Source: an uncultured Verrucomicrobia subdivision 3 bacterium
Lineage (GTDB): Bacteria > Verrucomicrobiota > Verrucomicrobiia > Limisphaerales > UBA11358
Reading direction: 5' to 3'
DNA length: 64,000 nt
Assembly: GCA_903850425.1 (NCBI GenBank)
Contig: CAINLR010000083.1
Location: forward strand, 28,444-92,443
The notes beneath the pieces are model-generated. The model saw nothing but the letters and a program-made list of their open reading frames with translations. It did no database searches and was not told the DNA's origin. Numbering within the stretch: position 1 is the first letter of the stretch; the number at the start of each line of letters is the position of its first letter. A program made the translations under genes and the position numbers. Of the stretch, positions 34,249 through 42,957 are shown piece after piece.

Positions 34249-35472
34249 ATGACCCAACCGCCGGCCGCCAAGACCCGAATCTTGTTCGTGGATGATGAGG
34301 CCTCGATGCTGCGCGTGCTGAAGATGGGCATGCGGCCGATGGCGAATGAATGGGATCTGCAATTTGCCGAAAGCGGCGAGGAAGCGCTGGCGTTCTGCGA
34401 CCAGCAGCCCTTCGATGTCGTGGTCACCGACATGCGCATGGGCGGCATGAACGGCGCGCAATTATTGAATCAGGTCATGCGCCGGCATCCGCAAACCGTG
34501 CGCATTGTCCTTTCGGGCTACGCGGACTTGAGCGAGGTGGTCAGTTGCGTGGGCTTGACGCACCAATTTCTCACCAAGCCGTGCAGTTTGGAGGATTTGA
34601 AGAACTGCCTGAAACGCGTCACCGGCATCAAACATCAGCTCGGCCATGAAAAATTGCGCGAATTGACCGGCGGCCTCGTCAATCTGCCCAGCCTGCCGAA
34701 ACTGTATCTGGAAATCGCCGACGCGCTCCAGTCACCCCTGGCCTCGACCGAACGCATCGCTGAGATTGCCTCCAAAGACCCCGCGCTCTCGGCCAAGCTG
34801 CTGCAACTCTCCAACTCCGCTTTTTTTGGCTTCAGCCGACGCGTCTTCTCCGTGGCCGAGGCTGTGCAACTCCTCGGCTCAGGCGTGATCCAATCGCTCG
34901 CCCTGACCGTGCCGCTCTTCAGCGCGTTCGATCCGCAAAAATGCCCCGGTTTTCAACTGGAAGAAATTTGGGAGCACTCTGCCGCCACGGGGGCACTCGC
35001 CTGCCGCATTTACAGCCATCACCTGGACGATTCACACCTCGCCGAACAAGCGTTCGCCGCCGGCGTGCTGCACGATATCGGCAAATTGATCCTCGCCGAC
35101 AAGTTATCTGGCCAATACGCGGACATCCTCGCGGAAGCCCACGCGACCCGGCGGCCGCTGCGTGAAGTGGAGCGCCAACACCTCGGGACTTCCCACGCCG
35201 AAGTCGGCGCGTATCTGCTCGCCTTGTGGGGGTTGCCCGTGCCACTCGTCGAAGCGGTCGCCTGCCATCATCATCCGCGCCGCTGCGGCAACCCCAGCCT
35301 CTGCCTCTCCGGCGTCATTCACATCGCCGATGCCCTGCAGCATTCCCTCGGCACCCAACCCGATGCCATTCCCAGCCCCGTGGATGTTGACTATCTTAAA
35401 TTCATCGGCATGGAGGCCGACTACGAAATCTGGCGGCACGAACATCTGCAGAAATTCCACGAATCCGTTTGA
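34249..35472 (+). CDS. Response regulator with receiver and HDOD domains
   Basis: ILFVDDE...DVVVTDMRM receiver; LPSLP...DPALSAKLLQLSNS...LHDIGKLIL HDOD. Start moved to ATG 34249. Confidence 0.9.
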   Translation: MTQPPAAKTRILFVDDEASMLRVLKMGMRPMANEWDLQFAESGEEALAFCDQQPFDVVVTDMRMGGMNGAQLLNQVMRRHPQTVRIVLSGYADLSEVVSCVGLTHQFLTKPCSLEDLKNCLKRVTGIKHQLGHEKLRELTGGLVNLPSLPKLYLEIADALQSPLASTERIAEIASKDPALSAKLLQLSNSAFFGFSRRVFSVAEAVQLLGSGVIQSLALTVPLFSAFDPQKCPGFQLEEIWEHSAATGALACRIYSHHLDDSHLAEQAFAAGVLHDIGKLILADKLSGQYADILAEAHATRRPLREVERQHLGTSHAEVGAYLLALWGLPVPLVEAVACHHHPRRCGNPSLCLSGVIHIADALQHSLGTQPDAIPSPVDVDYLKFIGMEADYEIWRHEHLQKFHESV

Positions 35473-35503
35473 CGCCCGTCCCGCCGCGCCGCACTTTTCA
35501 AAA

Positions 35504-36202
35504 ATGAAATTTGCCGCCGCCTGCTTTATTAAACTCCTTCTTTGCGCCGGACTGCTTGGCCCGGCGCTGGCTTCGGTTGGCATGGCCCAGGAAGATGCTA
35601 CCGCTTATCCGCCCCCGCATTCCCGCGAACTGTCCGTGCCGCTGTTCAACGGCCGGGATTTTTCCGGCTTCACCTTTTGCACGAAGGACAATGCCGACCC
35701 CTTGAAAACCTGGAGCGTCACCAACGGCGTCATTCACTGCACCGGCACGCCCATCGGCTACCTCCGCACTACGTCGAGCTACAGCAATTATTTTCTCACC
35801 GTCGAATGGCGTTTCGTCAAGGTCACGCCCAAGGCCGACAACAGCGGCATCCTCGTCCACCTGCAATTGCCCGATAAAGTCTGGCCGCAATGCGTGCAAG
35901 TCCAAGGCAAGCACACGCGGCAGGGCGATTTGTTTTTGATGGCCGGGGCCGAGTCAAAGGAGCATGAAGGCAAGGACGCCAACACGCCGATTCCGCTGCG
36001 CGGCGAATCCATGGAGAAACCCGTCGGCGAATGGAACAAGGCGGAAACCATCTGCATCCACAACCAAGTCGAGTCTTTCATCAACGGCAAGTTCGTCAAC
36101 GAAGTGACCGAATGCACGCTCAACGACGGCTTCATCGGCATCCAGAGCGAAGGCGGCGAAATTGAAATTCGCGCGATCTACTACTCGCCGCTGAAATATT
36201 GA
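35504..36202 (+). CDS. DUF1080 (3-keto-disaccharide hydrolase-like) secreted protein
   Basis: Signal peptide; LFNGRDFSGF, W.V.NGVI, Y.NY.L.VEW, NSGI, GEWN, GFIGIQSEG. Confidence 0.88.
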   Translation: MKFAAACFIKLLLCAGLLGPALASVGMAQEDATAYPPPHSRELSVPLFNGRDFSGFTFCTKDNADPLKTWSVTNGVIHCTGTPIGYLRTTSSYSNYFLTVEWRFVKVTPKADNSGILVHLQLPDKVWPQCVQVQGKHTRQGDLFLMAGAESKEHEGKDANTPIPLRGESMEKPVGEWNKAETICIHNQVESFINGKFVNEVTECTLNDGFIGIQSEGGEIEIRAIYYSPLKY

Positions 36203-36206
36203 TTGA

Positions 36207-36275
36207 TAGCCGCCGACATGAGGAGGCTCATATTTTTCCCACTATTTGAAGTGAGTCTCCTCACGTCGGCTGCCA
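36207..36275. repeat. REP-like inverted repeat between convergent genes (possible bidirectional terminator)
   Basis: TAGCCGCCGACATGAGGAGGCTCA (36207-36230) versus TGAGTCTCCTCACGTCGGCTGCCA (36252-36275): 20/24 complementary. Confidence 0.7.
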
Positions 36276-36283
36276 TAAAGCGC

Positions 36284-37693
36284 TCACCTCGCCAGCCTTT
36301 TTTCCACCCACGCCTTCGCCTCGTCCGGCGTTGTTAATTCATCCGCCAGTTGCAACTCGCGGATTTCCGCCAGCAACGCGCCGAGTTCCCTGCCCGGCTT
36401 CAGGCCGAGCTGGATCAAATCAGTGCCGGTCAGCAGCGGCGGACGGATGCTCGGCTGCTGTTCCAACTCCGCCGCCTGCTCGATCAAAAAATGGTAATGC
36501 GCCAGATCACAGAAGGAGCCAAGGCAGTCGAGCCGGTGCAGTGCCATTTCTAGGGAAAATGTTTCCCGCATCAGCAGGCGCCGCAGCGTCGCCTTGCGCA
36601 TCTGCTTCACGTCCTTGAACTGCATGTGATGCCGCACCGCCGCCACGATTTCTTCCATCTGTTTGTTGGGAAAACGCAGCCGCTGCAAAATATTTTCCGC
36701 CATGTCCGCGCCCACTTTTTCGTGACCGTAAAAATGGATCTTGCCCGTCGCCGGATCGCGCTCCGCCGTCACCGGCTTGGCGATATCGTGCAACAACACC
36801 GCCCACGGCAACGACTCGCTGGCACCCGCCGGCATTTTTTCCAGCATCAGGCGAATGTGATTGAACACGCTGCCTTCGGGGTGAAAATCCGGCGACTGCT
36901 CGCACCCGATCGTGGCCGAGAGTTCGGGCAAGACGTGCGCCATCAGTCCGCTGTCGCGCAATAGCACCAAGCCACGCGCGGCCGGCGAATAATTTGCCGG
37001 TGGGTCCGCCTTCACCCCAACCCTCTCTCCGGGAGAGAGGGCCGGGGTGAGGACGGACGTTCCACTCAACGGCGGACTGAATAATTTTATCAACTCATCC
37101 CGCACGCGCTCGGCGCTGATAAGCTTGATTTTCGGCGCGAGCTTCTGAACCGCAGCGAACGTTGCCGGTTCGATTTCAAAATTCAACTGCGCCGCGAAAC
37201 GCACCGCCCGCAGCATCCGCAGATGATCTTCGCCAAACCGTTCCTCCGGCGTGCCGATGGTGCGGATGATTTTCGCGCGCAGGTCTTTTTCGCCGCCCAC
37301 CCAGTCGTGGATTTCTTGCGTGAGCGGATCGTAAAAAAGTCCGTTCACCGTGAAATCGCGGCGCGATGCATCCGCCTCGGCGTTGGCGAAAATAATTTTT
37401 TCCGGGCGACGGCCATCCTGGTAATCCGCCTCGGCGCGGAACGTGGCCACCTGGAATTGCTGGCTGCCTTCGACCACAATGATGACGCCGAATTTTTTGC
37501 CGACGGGAATGGTTTTGCGGAATAGCTTTTCGACCTGATCCGGCTTGGCGTCGGTGGCGATGTCATAATCCAGCGGTTCGCGGCCCAGCAAGAAATCGCG
37601 CACGCAGCCACCCACCCAAAACGCGGCGAAGCCCGCCGCTTGCAGGCGCGCGACAATGTCCCTGGCGATGGCTCTGGGCACAGCGGGCGGCAT
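36284..37693 (-). CDS. CCA tRNA nucleotidyltransferase / poly(A) polymerase family with HD domain
   Basis: VGGCVRD.LLG..P.DYDIAT, DA.RRDFTVN, EDHLRMLRAVRF, LLHDIAKP, F.GHE..GA. Confidence 0.93.
   Translation of the reverse strand: MPPAVPRAIARDIVARLQAAGFAAFWVGGCVRDFLLGREPLDYDIATDAKPDQVEKLFRKTIPVGKKFGVIIVVEGSQQFQVATFRAEADYQDGRRPEKIIFANAEADASRRDFTVNGLFYDPLTQEIHDWVGGEKDLRAKIIRTIGTPEERFGEDHLRMLRAVRFAAQLNFEIEPATFAAVQKLAPKIKLISAERVRDELIKLFSPPLSGTSVLTPALSPGERVGVKADPPANYSPAARGLVLLRDSGLMAHVLPELSATIGCEQSPDFHPEGSVFNHIRLMLEKMPAGASESLPWAVLLHDIAKPVTAERDPATGKIHFYGHEKVGADMAENILQRLRFPNKQMEEIVAAVRHHMQFKDVKQMRKATLRRLLMRETFSLEMALHRLDCLGSFCDLAHYHFLIEQAAELEQQPSIRPPLLTGTDLIQLGLKPGRELGALLAEIRELQLADELTTPDEAKAWVEKRLAR
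37012..37050. repeat. Palindromic CCCTCTC...GAGAGGG element inserted in frame in the nucleotidyltransferase gene
   Basis: TCACCCC-AA-CCCTCTCTCC-G-GGAGAGAGGG-CC-GGGGTGA hairpin, read in frame as LTPALSPGERVGVK. Confidence 0.75.
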
Positions 37694-37724
37694 CTTCGAT
37701 TCAACCTTTATTCATTGGGATTAT

Positions 37725-37755
37725 TTGGAGCGGGCGAAGGGAATCGAACCCTCGT
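37725..37755 (-). repeat. att duplication: 3' 31 bp of tRNA-Gly
   Basis: TTGGAGCGGGCGAAGGGAATCGAACCCTCGT is identical to 54021-54051. Confidence 0.95.
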
Positions 37756-37828
37756 TTCCATTCCGGCAGGCGAACACCCATAAAACCCTTTATTATCAGC
37801 ACATAAGAACCTTGTTGACATAGCCTAC

Positions 37829-37851
37829 TGTTAGCATTATTGTTAGCAGTG
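37829..37851 (+). promoter_or_regulatory. Probable integrase arm-type binding sites (left end)
   Basis: Tandem TGTTAGCA (37829-37836) and TTGTTAGCAGTG (37840-37851); the 12-mer recurs at 53936-53947. Confidence 0.6.
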
Positions 37852-37853
37852 TT

Positions 37854-38990
37854 ATGGCAAGCGTTCATAAACGACCGGCTTCAAAATACTGGCACGCGGC
37901 TTTCCGCACTTCCGATGGCCGACTGGTTCTCCGCTCCACCAAATGCCAGGACCGTTCCAAGGCGCTCGCCGCCGCGTTTGAATACGAGCGCGCCGCCAAG
38001 CTCGCGGGGGCGGGCAATCTCGTCGAGGCGCAGGCGCGCAAAATCGTGGCGGACATCATGGAACGGGCTGGCGGAGAAGAAACGCTTCGCGCGCCGACCA
38101 TCAAATACTACTTCGATCAATGGCTGGCGACGAAAAAAGTCCGCAAAGCCGTTTCCACCAATGCTCGTTATGATGGCGCGGTGCAGAACTTCTACGCCTC
38201 GCTGGGCGAACGGGTAAACAAGCCACTCACCTCGTTGACGTCGCACGACGTGGAGCGCTTCATGACAGCCCGGACGGATGAGAACCTCTCCTCATCAACC
38301 GTGGTTTTGAGCGTCAAAGTCATTCGCACCGCTCTGAATCACGCGCGGCGGCAAGGCATGATTCCGACGAATCCGGCCGAAGCCGTGGAACTCCCCAAAG
38401 TGAAGAGTGTTGAGCGCGGCACGTTCACGCCGGAAGAAGTGAAGATTCTCGTGGATACTGCGAAGGACGATTGGAAAACGCTGATACTGCTTGCCTATTA
38501 CACAGGCGCGCGACTTTCCGACTGTTGTCGGATGGCTTGGGCGGATGCGAGTTTGAGCGGCGGAACACTTACCTACACGCAAGCAAAGACAGGCGAGAAA
38601 ATCACCGTGCCACTGCATAGCGAATTGCTGGCGCACTTGGAAGCACTGGCCGGCACCGATAAGCCGGAAGTGTTCATCATGCCACGCATGGCTGGATTGA
38701 AGCCCGGCGGGCGCAATGGACTTTCGCAGACCTTCAAACGCCTCATGCGGAAGGCGGGTCTGGATTTACAGGCGGTGAAAAGCGCGGGCGTGCGACAACT
38801 CTCGCGGCGCACGTTTCATGCGTTACGGCACAGCTTCACCAGCGCGCTGGCGAACCAAGGTGTCAGTGCGGAAGTGCGGATGAAACTCACGGGCCACAAA
38901 ACGGAATCCATCCACCGCGGCTACACCCATCATGAGCTGGAAAAACTCCGCGCCGCCGTGGAGAAACTTCCATCCCTCAATTCAAAATGA
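37854..38990 (+). CDS. Tyrosine recombinase/integrase
   Basis: Catalytic set intact: YTGARLSD (R), TFHALRHSF (HxxR), LTGHK (H), GYTH (Y); N-terminal arm-binding and core-binding regions. Confidence 0.95.
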   Translation: MASVHKRPASKYWHAAFRTSDGRLVLRSTKCQDRSKALAAAFEYERAAKLAGAGNLVEAQARKIVADIMERAGGEETLRAPTIKYYFDQWLATKKVRKAVSTNARYDGAVQNFYASLGERVNKPLTSLTSHDVERFMTARTDENLSSSTVVLSVKVIRTALNHARRQGMIPTNPAEAVELPKVKSVERGTFTPEEVKILVDTAKDDWKTLILLAYYTGARLSDCCRMAWADASLSGGTLTYTQAKTGEKITVPLHSELLAHLEALAGTDKPEVFIMPRMAGLKPGGRNGLSQTFKRLMRKAGLDLQAVKSAGVRQLSRRTFHALRHSFTSALANQGVSAEVRMKLTGHKTESIHRGYTHHELEKLRAAVEKLPSLNSK

Positions 38991-39607
38991 AAAGAAACCC
39001 GCTCGCAGAAGCTTTGTCAGGCATCTGCCCTCCTATTCAACCCGATAGCTGCCCAAAGGTTGAACAACTTACTATGATCGCCGCAACCTTGGTGAGGAAT
39101 ACAAAAGAGGAAACGCCAGATGAATTGGCTGATCGGGCGATGAAACTATGGTTGGCAGCGCGGAAACGAATTTATATTGCAGATAAGGAAGCCGAATTAA
39201 GAAAGCAAGATAACGATTTGCGATTAAGTTCTTTTCGTTGGCCCGCAGAAGCCGACACATTCTTTCCGACCGATGACTATCCAGTAACACGCGACATGTT
39301 TTTGCGGAGAATGCTACCGAAATACAAGAGCCGCACCTGGGACTTGGCGCGGCTTGCAAAATCCTTTGTGCGAGATGTTCTATGCGAAAAGAATGAAGTG
39401 CAGCCATCAAAGGACGAGATTGACGAGCTTTACGGCGGTTGGGCTCCTTGCAAAAATGCGGATCGTGTTGCTGGCGGTCACGGGCATGTCTCCGGCCGTG
39501 CTCACCGAGACCGTTTGGGGTCTATCGCATCCGAAGGCTGGCAGCGACGACGAACCAATCATTCCGCACCGCATCGTTGTGGTAACCACCACCGTCGGGC
39601 GGCGTGA
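38987..39607 (+). CDS. Hypothetical protein coupled to the integrase; C-terminus probably lost (reads into the next gene out of frame)
   Basis: ATGA-type overlap with the integrase stop. The last ~50 codons overlap the CARF gene and are its alternate frame. Confidence 0.45.
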   Translation: MKRNPLAEALSGICPPIQPDSCPKVEQLTMIAATLVRNTKEETPDELADRAMKLWLAARKRIYIADKEAELRKQDNDLRLSSFRWPAEADTFFPTDDYPVTRDMFLRRMLPKYKSRTWDLARLAKSFVRDVLCEKNEVQPSKDEIDELYGGWAPCKNADRVAGGHGHVSGRAHRDRLGSIASEGWQRRRTNHSAPHRCGNHHRRAA

Positions 39608-40619
39608 AATTGAGGGCAGCTTATTCGCGCCACGTCCAGATTTTGCCGGGCTTTCCGCATGGGCTGCGCTGCGGGCGGCACTGGCTGCCGAAGGTCACGA
39701 TCTGAACGGCCGCCTTCGTTTCGGCACCACGCCAGATGACGTGCGCGTGTTCACCACCACGGATCGCGCCACGGGGCGCACGGCCGAGATGGATGACATC
39801 CGCACGCCCGCCGACAACGAAGCAGCGGCCACGTTCATCCTGGAACAGGTGCGCGGCTTGGTTGAGGATCCCGACAAGACGGTCATTGCCTCACTGGCCG
39901 GCGGTCGGAAAACTATGGGGGCATTGCTTTACGCCTGCTTCACCCTGCTCGGCCGGGATACCGACCGGCTCACCCATGTGCTGGTGACCGAACCATTCGA
40001 CCAGTGCCGTGACTTCTTTTTCCCCACGCAGCCGGGCGGAGCGCTGACGCACCGCGATGGTTCCACGCGGCAACCAACCGACGCTGCCATCGTATTGGCA
40101 GATGTTCCGTTCGTGCCGCTGCGTAATCTTTTCCGCCGCGAACTCGGACGTTCGGCCGGCGGCTTTCTGCGACTCATCGAATCCTGTCGTGCCGGCGTGC
40201 GGGAGCGCGTCAGTGATTCCATGCGTTTGACCATAGAGCGGGGGCGACCAGAAATCGAAATCAACGGCTCCCGACTCCGAATGGCCCCCCGCGAACACCT
40301 GTTGCTGCTGTTCTTGGCCAATCGAACCAAGAATGGCGAACCCCCTTTTGCCATGCAGAAAGACGCCCTGGATGCGCTCAATGACTTTCGAGAATCTCTG
40401 CGGGCCGAGGCCCCGACCCGTGATTGGTCGGATTGGCGCCTCACCGACAGCTTGAAATCTCCGATCGCGGACGATCAGGACATCCGCCGCGCCCTCTCCA
40501 GCCTGCGCGAAAAGATTCTTGCGCTCGGCGGTGACGCAGCGGCACTGGCGGCTTGCCTCCCGGAACGCGGGCGGTTCTCTCTGGATCTGCCTGCTCCACT
40601 CCTTTTCCTCAAGCCCTGA
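39456..40619 (+). CDS. CRISPR-associated CARF protein of the NE0113 family with a C-terminal wHTH-like domain
   Basis: RIVLLAVTGMSPAVLTETVWGL, DIRT..DNE, SLAGGRKTMG, DRLTHVLV.EPF are NE0113-family motifs. Start moved to ATG 39456. Confidence 0.85.
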   Translation: MRIVLLAVTGMSPAVLTETVWGLSHPKAGSDDEPIIPHRIVVVTTTVGRREIEGSLFAPRPDFAGLSAWAALRAALAAEGHDLNGRLRFGTTPDDVRVFTTTDRATGRTAEMDDIRTPADNEAAATFILEQVRGLVEDPDKTVIASLAGGRKTMGALLYACFTLLGRDTDRLTHVLVTEPFDQCRDFFFPTQPGGALTHRDGSTRQPTDAAIVLADVPFVPLRNLFRRELGRSAGGFLRLIESCRAGVRERVSDSMRLTIERGRPEIEINGSRLRMAPREHLLLLFLANRTKNGEPPFAMQKDALDALNDFRESLRAEAPTRDWSDWRLTDSLKSPIADDQDIRRALSSLREKILALGGDAAALAACLPERGRFSLDLPAPLLFLKP

Positions 40620-40722
40620 CCCACGTCACTGGACGTCCGAGTTACTACGCGACGAAGCGCCGGCGGCTAGACTGTGCTCGTGAATAGAATACGAGTTACA
40701 AATTGAAAGACGAAAACACGCC

Positions 40723-41754
40723 ATGCCCACCGCCTGCATCAATCAACCCGACTGCCGCGTTCACCTCAAGAGCGAGCGGCTTGAAATTTTCGGCCGTAAC
40801 GAGCAGACGCAGCGCGAGGGCGTGTTGCGTGAGATTCCGTTGCGCGACCTGGAGCGGCTCATCGTCACCGAGTCGGTGCAGATCACGTCCGCCGCGATGG
40901 CCGCCCTGTTGCGGGCCAATATCCCCGTATGTTATCTCGGCTGGAATGGCCGGTTCCTCGGCGGCTTTCTCCCCGCCACCAATCAGCATGGGCTGGCTCG
41001 CCTGCATCAGTATGAGCGCACGCGCGACTCGGCGTTTGGCCTGACCATCGCCGGACGCATCATCGCCGCCAAGCTCTACAACCAACGCCGCATCCTCCAA
41101 CGCCTGCAAGCCAGCCGCCGGAACGAGGAAACTGAGGTGGCCAGGACGCCAATCCAAGGCGCGCTGGACTGGCTCGATGCCTTGTTCGCCCCGTTGAGCC
41201 GTAGCGCTGGGCTAGACGAGTTGCGCGGTTACGAGGGCGCGGCCACCGCCCGGTATTTTCAAGCCTGGGCCAGCTTTCTACCCGCGGACTTCCCTTTCGA
41301 ACGCCGCAGCACGCGCCCGCCGCTAAACCCGGTAAACGCCTGCATCTCTTTTGGAGCCACGTTAATCTACCACGAAACCGTCGCCTTCTGCCACGCTCAC
41401 GGACTGGACCCCGCCCTCGGTTTGCTGCACGCCACCGAAGATGGCCGCTGGTCTCTAGCGCTGGACCTGATGGAACCTTTCCGCCCCGTTCTGGTCGAGG
41501 CGCTGGCGCTGGATCTATTCAGTCACCAAATCCTGAAAGCCGAGTCTTTCGAGGCGCGTGAAGGCGGTGTTTATCTCAGCGAACCCGGCCGCAAAAAGTT
41601 TTTTCTCCAATACGAGCGACGGATGGAACGGCAGTTTCTCTCGGAAGCCGCGGCGCATCGCACCACCTTGCGCCAGCAGTTGGAACAGCAAGCTGTATTG
41701 TTCAAGGCGGCCCTGGAGCAATCAGATCGGTTCCAACCTTTCCTGATGAACTGA
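40723..41754 (+). CDS. cas1: CRISPR-associated endonuclease Cas1
   Basis: LRGYEG.A...YF, R..RPP..PVNA..SFG, GLDP..G.LH, SLALDLMEPFRP. Confidence 0.96.
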   Translation: MPTACINQPDCRVHLKSERLEIFGRNEQTQREGVLREIPLRDLERLIVTESVQITSAAMAALLRANIPVCYLGWNGRFLGGFLPATNQHGLARLHQYERTRDSAFGLTIAGRIIAAKLYNQRRILQRLQASRRNEETEVARTPIQGALDWLDALFAPLSRSAGLDELRGYEGAATARYFQAWASFLPADFPFERRSTRPPLNPVNACISFGATLIYHETVAFCHAHGLDPALGLLHATEDGRWSLALDLMEPFRPVLVEALALDLFSHQILKAESFEAREGGVYLSEPGRKKFFLQYERRMERQFLSEAAAHRTTLRQQLEQQAVLFKAALEQSDRFQPFLMN

Positions 41755-41757
41755 CTT

Positions 41758-42102
41758 ATGGATGATTGGTGGCAACAAGCCTTCCCGCTGGTGCCCTATC
41801 AAAAGAAACCGCCCGGAGAAACCGAGATGTTAATACTGGTGGCCTACGACATTGCCGATCCAAAGCGCCTGGCCCGGGTGGCCAGTATTTGCGAGGACTA
41901 TGGCGTAAGGGTGCAATACAGCATCTTCGAGTGCCGGCTGGACGAGGATCACTTCACTGACTTTTGGCTCAAACTGCTCGAGGAAATCGAGGTGCAGGAG
42001 GATCGGGTGGTAGCCTATAAGATTGACGCACGATCCGCCAAGGAAACGTTGACCGCGGGCACGATGGTCTGCTCAGAGAAAGTCCTGTGCTATCTGGTAT
42101 GA
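41758..42102 (+). CDS. cas2: CRISPR-associated protein Cas2
   Basis: LVAYDIAD.KRL.RV...C..YG.RVQYSIFEC. Confidence 0.96.
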   Translation: MDDWWQQAFPLVPYQKKPPGETEMLILVAYDIADPKRLARVASICEDYGVRVQYSIFECRLDEDHFTDFWLKLLEEIEVQEDRVVAYKIDARSAKETLTAGTMVCSEKVLCYLV

Positions 42103-42321
42103 AGCGCCATTCTTCCAGCTGCCATCGTGTCAGGTCGGGAACCCAGCGACCGCAAAAAGTCGGGTCTGCTGACCTGAAACGAAACTGGCGTATCGACAGA
42201 CGCTTTGGCATTACTTTGGTTGCGTCGGGAAGCGCTGATCCGCGCCATTCGTGGCCGGAGGAGGTGGTCCCGACCTGGAAGTCCCTTAAAGCTTTGACTG
42301 GCAATCAGTTTAGGAGCCAGC
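42103..42321 (+). promoter_or_regulatory. CRISPR leader
   Basis: Non-coding segment between cas2 and the first repeat. Confidence 0.65.
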
Positions 42322-42736
42322 GCAGCCGATGGGCTGAATGCCGAAAGGCAATGGAGACCTTGTCGCTGGCGCTATTGATCGCGCGCAACACCAAAGGCAG
42401 CCGATGGGCTGAATGCCGAAAGGCAATGGAGACACGGTCGCGGAAAGTTTGACGGCAGCTTGCTTGATAGCGCAGCCGATGGGCTGAATGCCGAAAGGCA
42501 ATGGAGACGGTGGGCCTGCAATCGCCATAGTCGAGCCTCGTGGTTGGCAGCCGATGGGCTGAATGCCGAAAGGCAATGGAGACATGCCCATCGTGAGTTC
42601 TGGAGCGAACAAGCGAGCGAACAGGCAGCCGATGGGCTGAATGCCGAAAGGCAATGGAGACAAAGCCAGCCGCTTTCAAATCAACGAAAGCGCGAGCTTG
42701 CAGCCGATGGGCTGAATGCCGAAAGGCAATGGAGAC
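42322..42736 (+). CRISPR. CRISPR array: 6 identical 37-bp repeats, 5 complete spacers (38, 38, 38, 41, 38 bp) and a truncated 6th spacer
   Basis: Repeat GCAGCCGATGGGCTGAATGCCGAAAGGCAATGGAGAC starts at 42322, 42397, 42472, 42547, 42625 and 42700. Orientation inferred from the leader position and the ...ATGGAGAC 3' end. Confidence 0.97.
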
Positions 42737-42767
42737 TCCGGCACAAGCCAGAATCCCGGCACACGGT

Positions 42768-42956
42768 AAGCGCCTTGCCGATGAGCGCGTCCGCGTGGCC
42801 CTGCACCTTAAGCCAGGCGCGCAAATACTTTGGTTCGATGTTGCGGTTGCCTTCGCGCACTTCCCAGTTGCCGAGATAACCGTAGCCCAGCGTCTCGCGG
42901 AACAGCTTCACCACCCGCTGCTGCGTCTTGCGTTCTTTTTGGCCTATATTGTCCAT
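42768..42956 (-). pseudogene. hsdR: Type I restriction subunit HsdR, 5' stub (~63 codons) truncated against the CRISPR array
   Basis: MDNIGQKERKTQQRVVKLFRETLGYGYLGNWEVREGNRNIE..LRAWL..QGHADALIGKAL resembles an HsdR N-terminus; the frame then reads antisense CRISPR spacer/repeat. Confidence 0.8.
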
Positions 42957-42957
42957 A

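Noticed and set aside
35162-35503. N-terminal extensions given by the ORF track (also for coaE, hsdS, crtP, thioredoxin, CARF and the 1238-aa ORF)
   Set aside because: They overlap neighbouring genes and precede clear family N-termini or signal peptides, so starts were moved downstream.
37725-37755. A second tRNA-Gly gene
   Set aside because: Only the T-arm and acceptor 3' portion (31 bp) is present; it is the att duplication.
42359-42767. Self-targeting spacers
   Set aside because: I saw no match to any spacer elsewhere in the window by eye. A proper search of the genome and viral databases was not possible.
42305-42879. ORFs of 110-139 aa across the CRISPR array
   Set aside because: Their periodic peptides are translations of the repeats.
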